From positions 1 through 33,737 of the IMG/VR virus record IMGVR_UViG_3300029318_000047: a DNA stretch of 33,737 bases; one strand, written 5' to 3'. Source of the stretch: a virus (taxonomy: Duplodnaviria; Caudoviricetes). How positions within the stretch are numbered: position 1 is the stretch's first letter; each line of letters begins with the position of its first letter. The notes beneath the pieces are model-generated. The model was given only the letters and a program-made list of their open reading frames with translations. It was not told where the DNA came from and made no database searches. The translations under genes were made by a program, and so were the position numbers. Positions 27,292-33,737 of the stretch are shown here, in pieces.

Positions 27292-28485
27292 TTATGACGG
27301 AGAACCACATGCCATACCTCCACCCGCATTAGTAGCAGTTAAGTCTCCAAAATCCGATGCGTTTGATGCAGTAGTTATATCAAAGTAGTTAATATCATTT
27401 CTATTATAAGGCATCCAGTGTCTTCCTGCAATAATACATCGGCTTGTATTATTATCACAAGTTAATGAACTATATTCTCCACCGGAGTTTCCTACCATAT
27501 CTCCAAAATCAATTGATCCGCCTAAAGTTTGTGTAGTTATTCTACTGATATGCTGAGCACCACTAGTACTACCAGCCCTTGCAACATAAGTGTCATCTCC
27601 ACATGATCCAGCATAACCGTTGTGAGATGCATATAAATCTTCGCCTTTATCTACAGCTGCAGAACCCGTAGTTCCCATATTCCAGACATATACATCTGTG
27701 CCGGATACAAACATTTGGAGCTTATAGGTTCCATCTCCAGCAATTTCCATCGGCGTACCCGGTGAACTTGAGATAGTCATATTGGAAAAGGTAGAAGAAT
27801 TACCAGTCGTATCTATTGTGATATATTCTAAAGCACTATAGCCACCGCTACCAGTTGCTCCCATAAACACGCCTCTTCCCCAACTATCACCGTCAGCTCC
27901 AACATCACCTGTACCTCCAACACTTATATCACCAAAGTCGGTGGCGTTACCTGTACTAGCAACTGTCACATAATCTATTTCATCTCGTCTAGTCCAAGGA
28001 GATGCATACCAACCTCCTATCTGACACATTCTAGTCTTGTTACTTACTGCACCCATGTTATATCTTTTTATAGTTAAATAACCAAAAGTGCTTGCGTTAC
28101 TAGTTGTGCTTATGCTCCAATACTGCATAGTGGTAGCATGATTATCATACACTGGTTGATAAAATCCACCTGAATAGATAGCCCTATCTCCATACCACTC
28201 TCCGCCTCCACCAGCTGCTGGTGCACTACCATTTGCATAAACCCAACCGTTTGTATTGTATATTGCAAAGGTAACAGTATCACTATCATTAGCTTTATCT
28301 TTAAACCACCAAGTACCTCTTTCGATAGTTCCACTTGGTAATTGAGCAGAGTCTATAAATGATGGAATATGAGCACCACCCATAGCGCTATCAAAAGTCT
28401 GACCGTTTAATGTCAGGCCTTGTGATAGATTGGTAGCTCCGGTCCCTTCTTTATTAGTTATTTTTGAGGCCGCGAATTTACTCAT
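27292..28485 (-). CDS. Putative virion fibre/adhesin, class B
   Basis: MSKFAASKITNKEGTG N-terminus, RGTWWF linker, six divergent propeller repeats. Confidence 0.72.
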   Translation of the reverse strand: MSKFAASKITNKEGTGATNLSQGLTLNGQTFDSAMGGAHIPSFIDSAQLPSGTIERGTWWFKDKANDSDTVTFAIYNTNGWVYANGSAPAAGGGGEWYGDRAIYSGGFYQPVYDNHATTMQYWSISTTSNASTFGYLTIKRYNMGAVSNKTRMCQIGGWYASPWTRRDEIDYVTVASTGNATDFGDISVGGTGDVGADGDSWGRGVFMGATGSGGYSALEYITIDTTGNSSTFSNMTISSSPGTPMEIAGDGTYKLQMFVSGTDVYVWNMGTTGSAAVDKGEDLYASHNGYAGSCGDDTYVARAGSTSGAQHISRITTQTLGGSIDFGDMVGNSGGEYSSLTCDNNTSRCIIAGRHWMPYNRNDINYFDITTASNASDFGDLTATNAGGGMACGSPS

Positions 28486-28503
28486 TTAATTCTCCTTACA
28501 AAA

Positions 28504-29718
28504 CTATGTGCCACTTGATGAAGCTCCTCTTTGACTAGCAGTTGCTAGATCTCCAAAGTCAGTTGCGTTACCTGGAGTTTGAATAGTTACATAATCAATC
28601 TCAGTAACTGCTCCTTGATTCGGTGACGCACTAGCATTATAGAAATAACCTCCTGTGAGACAGCCTTTTGTTCTATTATTAGTTGCACACATATAGTCTT
28701 TAGCCTGTGTCATATTTCCAAAGTCAGTTGCGTTACCTGTAGTTGCAATAGTAAAATAATCTATAGTGTCTACTCGTCCAGGTGAGCTCCAACCACCAGC
28801 AACTAATCCATAAGTTGTATCACAAAGTCCTCCAGCAGCCCATCTAGCTTGAGTTAAATCTCCAAGATCTGATGTGTTACTTGTAGTTTGTATTGTTAAA
28901 TACTCAATATCATTATACCAGTTAGGCCAGCTAGTATAACCAGCTGCAAAACATCCTTTTGTTCCATCACTTATAACACCTTGATTTTGATAAGATATAG
29001 CTCTTGTCAAACTGCCGAAAGAATAAGTAGAAAAACTAGTACCTATCGTAAAATATCTTATATTACTAGATATTGGAGCGTTGTATGATTCGAAATCATG
29101 GCCCCAAGTATATACAGCACGACTACCATCAGAAGTAGCAGATCCACCGTAGCTTCCTCTTCCTATGTTTCCTAAACTTGTAGCAGTACCGCCCGTGGCA
29201 AAAGTGAAGTGTTCCATTCGGCCTTGTCTAGATCCACCATGATTACCATATATGATAACGCATCTAGAACCAGTTTCTCCGGAAACTGCAGAAAAATCTT
29301 GGTTAGATGATGTACCAACAGTACCTAAACTTGTTGCGTTACCAGCTGTACTAATTACAAATTGCTCTATTGTATTACCAGTATTACCAGTTATGTGTGC
29401 ACCAGTATCGCCGTAGTAATCTCCAGCTTCAGAAGGTGGATCAGGAACTTGATTTGCGTTAAATGTTCTCCATCCTATAGGAGTCATAATGTTTAATCTA
29501 GTGTTATCACTATCATACCACATTAAGCCGTTATATCTTCTTGATGCATCAACTGATAAATCACCAGATGAATCTGCTGGAGCTGTATCTGAATCTAAAA
29601 ATTTATGAAGATTTAATGATCCTAAGCTAGTTCCTTTAATTTTAAATGTGCCTTCTTCAAAATCTACGGGTCCTGAACCTGATGAATCTACTATGCTATC
29701 TACTCTTATTTCTGTCAT
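28504..29718 (-). CDS. Putative virion fibre/adhesin, class B
   Basis: MTEIRVDSIVDSSGSG N-terminus, GLMWYDSD linker, six propeller repeats; starts immediately after the 242-aa gene's stop. Confidence 0.72.
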   Translation of the reverse strand: MTEIRVDSIVDSSGSGPVDFEEGTFKIKGTSLGSLNLHKFLDSDTAPADSSGDLSVDASRRYNGLMWYDSDNTRLNIMTPIGWRTFNANQVPDPPSEAGDYYGDTGAHITGNTGNTIEQFVISTAGNATSLGTVGTSSNQDFSAVSGETGSRCVIIYGNHGGSRQGRMEHFTFATGGTATSLGNIGRGSYGGSATSDGSRAVYTWGHDFESYNAPISSNIRYFTIGTSFSTYSFGSLTRAISYQNQGVISDGTKGCFAAGYTSWPNWYNDIEYLTIQTTSNTSDLGDLTQARWAAGGLCDTTYGLVAGGWSSPGRVDTIDYFTIATTGNATDFGNMTQAKDYMCATNNRTKGCLTGGYFYNASASPNQGAVTEIDYVTIQTPGNATDFGDLATASQRGASSSGT

Positions 29719-30447
29719 TTAAATCACCACATACCTTGCGCCATTTGAAACTGTTATTGTAACTCCACTATCTACAATTATAGGACCTACTGACATTGCA
29801 TTCTCTGTAGCTCCAACTGTAACGTTTGCAGTTACATTTTGAGGAGATTTGTTAACTGCAGAAAAACCTGCACCACCACCGCCTCCACCAGATCTTGCAG
29901 AAACATATGAAGAATCTATTAAATTTGTAACTTGACCAGAATCTAAACCAGCTTCTCTAGCTTGAATATAAGACGCATCAATCAGGCTTGTTGCTGCAGC
30001 AGAGTCTAAAAATGAAGTATTATCTAAAATAATAATGTCGCCGACCATGCCAGAGTGAGATGTACACTGATAAACTAATGTGTTTGGAGCTCCCATATCA
30101 GGAATAAAGGTAACTGTTCCTGGTCCACTTTGAGCGTTATTAACTACTCCAGTGCTGTAAGCAGATCCTCCATTTGATACTCTAATCTCAAAAGGATGTC
30201 CAGATTGATTTAAATTAAACCTGTACTTTACTCCTCTTTGAAGGTATAACGTAGGATTATCTACACCTGAAGAAAAACCAGATCCAGTGAACGTATAAGC
30301 AGATGATCCATTAGCCGCAACTTCAAAAACTGCTTCTATCTGATGATGAAAATTTCCACCACCACTGTCGTGGATACCTAAAAAGTCTCCAGGACTTGCA
30401 CTATCAATAGCAGTGCCTAAGTTTGCAATGTGCCGGTTGATTGACAT
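29719..30447 (-). CDS. Putative fibre adaptor (class A anchor, cupredoxin-like domain, DS stalk, C-terminal beta docking segment; no propeller)
   Basis: MSINRHIANLG anchor; H84...C128-x2-H131-x2-M134; C-terminal ENAMSVGPIIVDSGVTITVSNGARYVVI. Confidence 0.68.
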   Translation of the reverse strand: MSINRHIANLGTAIDSASPGDFLGIHDSGGGNFHHQIEAVFEVAANGSSAYTFTGSGFSSGVDNPTLYLQRGVKYRFNLNQSGHPFEIRVSNGGSAYSTGVVNNAQSGPGTVTFIPDMGAPNTLVYQCTSHSGMVGDIIILDNTSFLDSAAATSLIDASYIQAREAGLDSGQVTNLIDSSYVSARSGGGGGGAGFSAVNKSPQNVTANVTVGATENAMSVGPIIVDSGVTITVSNGARYVVI

Positions 30448-30470
30448 TTAGAATTCTTCTCTTTTTGTAT

Positions 30471-30478
30471 TATTTATA
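30471..30478 (-). promoter_or_regulatory. T4 late promoter TATAAATA for the adaptor plus three class B genes
   Basis: Exact consensus, 24 nt before ATG 30447. Confidence 0.9.
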
Positions 30479-30505
30479 TAAGTTTTCTGTTTGAAACAAA
30501 ATTTA

Positions 30506-32065
30506 TTAATCACCAGATAGACCCGCCATTCCTACTCCTGAAAGATTTACTGATCCGAATGATGAAGCATTTCCTAGAGTGGCTATGGCGTAGTAATCTA
30601 TATCTTGAGTTCTAGTGCTGCTTCCTGTTTCACCACTCGCAACAACTGCTCTTTCTCCATCTGAACAACTTCCAGGATGTCTTCTTCCACTTGTTAAGTC
30701 TCCAAAGTCCGATCCGTTTCCTGGTGTCGAAATTGTAATATATTCAATAACGTTTTCATAGCTAGAATTACTTGTGGATCCACCATTAAACATACCTCTT
30801 GTTGGTGAAGAGCATGCTGTAAATCTATCTTTTGATTGCGTTAGATCGCCAAAATCTGATGCATTGCCTGTTGTTTGTATAGTCCAGTAGTCCATAACAT
30901 TTACGCGTATATATGATGAAGCTCCTGTATATCCACCGCCTCTAACACCATAAGTTGCATCAGCTAGCATCGCCGGATTATCTATAGCTTGTGATAAATC
31001 TCCAAAATCTGAACCATTTCCTGTAGATGCTATTGTAATATATTCAAGAGTATTACTTTGATCACTGAAACTATATTTACCAGATCCATAAACTCCTCTA
31101 GAACCATCAGAACAACCTGATAGTTTACCAAATGCATTAGTTGCATTTCCAAAAGTTGACGCGTTACCTGACGTAGAAATAGTTACGTAATCTATTATGC
31201 TAGTGGCACTAAACGCATTATTACCGTCACCACCTACCCAAACACCTCTTGTTCCATTTGACATTGATCCAAAAGCATTCCTTGAAGTAGTTAGATCTCC
31301 AAAGTCTGTAGTGTTGCCAGTAGTTTGAATAGTGATTGCTTCAATATCACTTCTACTACTAAATGAGTTCGTTCCACCTGCAAAGAGTCCAGTCCCTCCT
31401 CCCCAAGCAATACTTGTATCAATAGGACCAGTAGCCCATTTAGCAATATTAATACTTACACCGGAATCTGCATTACTATTAAGTGTAACTTTAGATCCGT
31501 CAACTGCCGTGTAGTCTACAGTGTCATCTAAGAGAACGCCGTTATAGAAAACTAAGACGCCGTTTTGACTATAGCTTAATACGTTTCCTCTTACATCAGA
31601 ATCTTGAAAAACAGTTTGATTAGCAGTTGCTGAATATCTGTACCATTCAAATCCAGAACTAGCTTGAAGTCTATCATTTACATATGAGGAATCAACGAGA
31701 TTTATTGTTTTTGCTGAGTCTATACCTGCAGATATTCTAGCATCTACATATGCAGAATCCACCATCGCTATTGTTTTTGCAGAATCTATTCCAGTCTCAC
31801 TTTGGCGAGACAATACGTATGCAGAATCTACAAGGCTTGCAGTTAAAGCTGAGTCTAAACCTACGTCTGTTTGTCTGAGTTGAACATATGCAGAATCTAT
31901 ATAAGCAGAAAGACTACTTGAGTCAAGTATCGTAGGTATGCCTGAAATTTCTGAGTAATCTATAACTCTAAATAGGCCACCAGAATCATCGGTTGTTAAG
32001 AAATCTCCAGAGCTTCCACTTTCTAGGTGATGAGCGAGATTACCAAATTTCCTGCTAATTCCCAC
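30506..32065 (-). CDS. Putative virion fibre/adhesin, class A
   Basis: GTG start with AAGGAA RBS; MGISRKFGNL anchor, four stalk repeats, beta domain, six propeller repeats. Confidence 0.75.
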   Translation of the reverse strand: MGISRKFGNLAHHLESGSSGDFLTTDDSGGLFRVIDYSEISGIPTILDSSSLSAYIDSAYVQLRQTDVGLDSALTASLVDSAYVLSRQSETGIDSAKTIAMVDSAYVDARISAGIDSAKTINLVDSSYVNDRLQASSGFEWYRYSATANQTVFQDSDVRGNVLSYSQNGVLVFYNGVLLDDTVDYTAVDGSKVTLNSNADSGVSINIAKWATGPIDTSIAWGGGTGLFAGGTNSFSSRSDIEAITIQTTGNTTDFGDLTTSRNAFGSMSNGTRGVWVGGDGNNAFSATSIIDYVTISTSGNASTFGNATNAFGKLSGCSDGSRGVYGSGKYSFSDQSNTLEYITIASTGNGSDFGDLSQAIDNPAMLADATYGVRGGGYTGASSYIRVNVMDYWTIQTTGNASDFGDLTQSKDRFTACSSPTRGMFNGGSTSNSSYENVIEYITISTPGNGSDFGDLTSGRRHPGSCSDGERAVVASGETGSSTRTQDIDYYAIATLGNASSFGSVNLSGVGMAGLSGD

Positions 32066-32075
32066 ATTCTATTCC

Positions 32076-33737
32076 TTATGAAGCATTGCCAGATGCAGCT
32101 GCAGTATTTAAATTGTTAGTTGAAACTAAGTCACCAAAGTCTGATGCATTACCTGTTGTTTGTATAGTAAAGTAATCTATTTTATTTACTTCTGCATAAC
32201 CCGCATCACCATCATATCCACCCATGTGAGTTCCATAAGTTCCATTTGAACATGATACTGCTGATTGAGAACCGTATGTAGCATCACCAAAGTCTGTAGC
32301 GTTTCCAGTAGTTTGAGTTGTAACATAATCTATTGTATCGTCTTTGTTACCTGAACCTCCAGTTTCATGAGATCCTCCAGAAAAAACAGAACGTGTTGCA
32401 TCTGAACAACCACCAAATCTTGAAGCAGTTCGAGTTAAATCGCCAAAGTCTTGCGCATTTCCTGGTGATGCATAAGTAATATATTGGATATAATTATGTG
32501 CACCAGCATTATTGCTACTTCCTCCTGCCATTATTCCATATGTAGCATCTCCAGCAGTTGCATGATAACCCCTTGCTGTATAACTGTCATATGAATTCAT
32601 ATTTCCAAAATCACTAGCGTTTCCTGTAGTTGCTATTGTTACGTAATCAATTTCATCTTTGTAGTCTCCAGTAGACACATAACCACCAGTAAAATACCCT
32701 TTAGTTCCATCACCCATTCCTGCACCCTGATATCTAGCTACTGAAAGATCACCAAAGTCTGTTCCATTACCTGTTGTCGCGCAAGTAATGTATTCAAGTG
32801 TATTATCATCAGAATAACTGCCAGAATAGTTGTTTCTTCCACAAGCTACTACTGCTCTTGTTCCATTACTGGCTGCAGCTGTACCAATAAGTTGAGAAGT
32901 AGAACCACCAGTTCTTAGATCTCCAAAGTCTGATGCGTTACCAGTAGATGTCATATCAAAATAATCAATGGCAATTGTTTGAGATCCAGCAAACTTGAAT
33001 CCTCTATCACCACCCCAAGAAAATGATCCGCCGCTTCCGCCGCCTCCACCATATTGGCTGGAACTTCCAGAAGCACTATCTTGTCCACCTTCTGCATATC
33101 TTGCTATCATTATAATAGCACCTGAATCAGCACCATCGTCTAAAACAACAGTAGATCCATCAGTTGCTGTATATTCAGTTGTTGATAATAGAATACCATT
33201 ATAGTGAACTAAAATATTATTTTGACTATAAGATAACACATTTCCAGCTATATCTGAATCTTCAAATGTAGTTTGATTGTTAGTAGCATTATACTCATAT
33301 AGTGCAAATCCAACACCCATTTGCCTATCTTGAATATATGCTGAGTCAATTAAACTAATTACAGTAGCAGAATCTGTTCCTGCAGCAGGAGCTCTAGCAG
33401 CTACATATGCTGAGTCAATTAAGCTTATTGTGGCTGCAGAATCTATGCCTGATGTAACACTACTATCAGTGATATAAATTGCACCATTCATAGATGAATG
33501 ATATTGACAGTTATAATGTAATGTACTTGGAGCGTCCATTGGAACTGTAAACTTTATAGTTCCTGTTGCAGCACCGTTATTTGTTACACCACTATTATAT
33601 GCACTTCCTGTTCCAGTGGTGTTAGTAGTATTAATATAGAAAGGATGACCTGACGCATTTAAAACAAAATGATAAGTAAGACCTCTTTGTAGATGCAGAG
33701 TAGGGTTTGATGTAGATGAAGGAAATCCATCTTTTGT
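32076..33737 (-). CDS. Putative virion fibre/adhesin with cupredoxin-like domain, DS stalk, beta domain and 6-repeat propeller; 5' end lies beyond the window
   Basis: The frame is open from 33737 (TKDGFPSSTSNPTLHLQRGLTYHFVLNASGHPFYINTT...KFTVPMDAPSTLHYNCQYHSSMNG), so the supplied ATG 33539 is internal. Confidence 0.78.
   Translation of the reverse strand, partial: TKDGFPSSTSNPTLHLQRGLTYHFVLNASGHPFYINTTNTTGTGSAYNSGVTNNGAATGTIKFTVPMDAPSTLHYNCQYHSSMNGAIYITDSSVTSGIDSAATISLIDSAYVAARAPAAGTDSATVISLIDSAYIQDRQMGVGFALYEYNATNNQTTFEDSDIAGNVLSYSQNNILVHYNGILLSTTEYTATDGSTVVLDDGADSGAIIMIARYAEGGQDSASGSSSQYGGGGGSGGSFSWGGDRGFKFAGSQTIAIDYFDMTSTGNASDFGDLRTGGSTSQLIGTAAASNGTRAVVACGRNNYSGSYSDDNTLEYITCATTGNGTDFGDLSVARYQGAGMGDGTKGYFTGGYVSTGDYKDEIDYVTIATTGNASDFGNMNSYDSYTARGYHATAGDATYGIMAGGSSNNAGAHNYIQYITYASPGNAQDFGDLTRTASRFGGCSDATRSVFSGGSHETGGSGNKDDTIDYVTTQTTGNATDFGDATYGSQSAVSCSNGTYGTHMGGYDGDAGYAEVNKIDYFTIQTTGNASDFGDLVSTNNLNTAAASGNAS

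Larger units (their letters stand above)
21306..33030. repeat. Coding repeat family: 48 propeller blades (about 45-55 aa each) with a recurrent DNA core ccaaagtc-n5-cgtttcctgt
   Basis: Six blades counted by eye in each of eight genes; some blades are degenerate. Confidence 0.85.

Noticed and set aside
21306-33030. CRISPR-like array suggested by recurring ccaaagtc...gtttcctgt motifs
   Set aside because: The repeats are degenerate at codon third positions, about 150 nt apart, and lie in frame within long ORFs; they are protein repeats.
21306-33030. Many N-A-T/N-A-S triplets in the propellers read as N-glycosylation sequons
   Set aside because: They are part of the conserved blade core (TGNA.DFG) and are freely replaced by NAQ, NAV and NAA, so a structural role is the simpler explanation.
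1150-33204. Short plus-strand and nested alternative-frame ORFs (for example 8144-8485, 13599-13964, 13965-14354, 2023-2211, 18275-18469, 28110-28334)
   Set aside because: They are shadows of well-supported minus-strand genes, with no recognisable motifs or expression signals.
33539-33539. ATG 33539 as the start of the last gene
   Set aside because: The frame stays open to the window edge and this Met falls inside the cupredoxin-like domain.
21306-33737. Diversity-generating retroelement or invertase shufflon behind the adhesin variation
   Set aside because: No reverse transcriptase or recombinase in the window, no ~100-nt template/variable pair differing only at adenines, and all paralogues are full-length and co-oriented.
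1-33737. tRNA, rRNA or a stop-codon-reassigned genetic code
   Set aside because: Intergenic gaps are too short and lack tRNA-like structure; core genes are full length in the standard code and TAA, TAG and TGA all serve as stops.

Overview
This window is a 33.7 kb piece of an AT-rich T4-like myophage genome (Straboviridae/Kyanoviridae-type gene order, as in marine and alphaproteobacterial T4-like phages). All real genes are on the minus strand. In transcription order (right to left): a >12 kb array of nine paralogous virion-fibre-like genes, then two unknown genes, gp13-14-15-16-17-18-19-20, an inserted 263-aa gene, gp67-68-21-22-23-3, an inserted Stf0-like sulfotransferase, uvsY-uvsW, an Sm-like ORF, and gp55-47-46. 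Eight of the nine array genes end in a six-repeat Kelch-like propeller, and two carry an amicyanin-type cupredoxin domain. Six exact T4 late promoters (TATAAATA), a terminator after gp23 and a back-to-back pair of sigma70/T4-early promoters before gp55 are visible. Best candidate new system: a D-S-[A/S/G/D] tripeptide is strongly concentrated in fibre stalks and in exposed loops of capsid, sheath and neck proteins. It is nearly absent from enzymes and from the propeller heads, and it co-occurs with a late-operon sulfotransferase. This suggests a phage-encoded virion-surface modification (O-glycosylation/sulfation) on a branched, modular, possibly copper-binding adhesin array. That interpretation is inference; motif counts were done by hand and no database searches were run.
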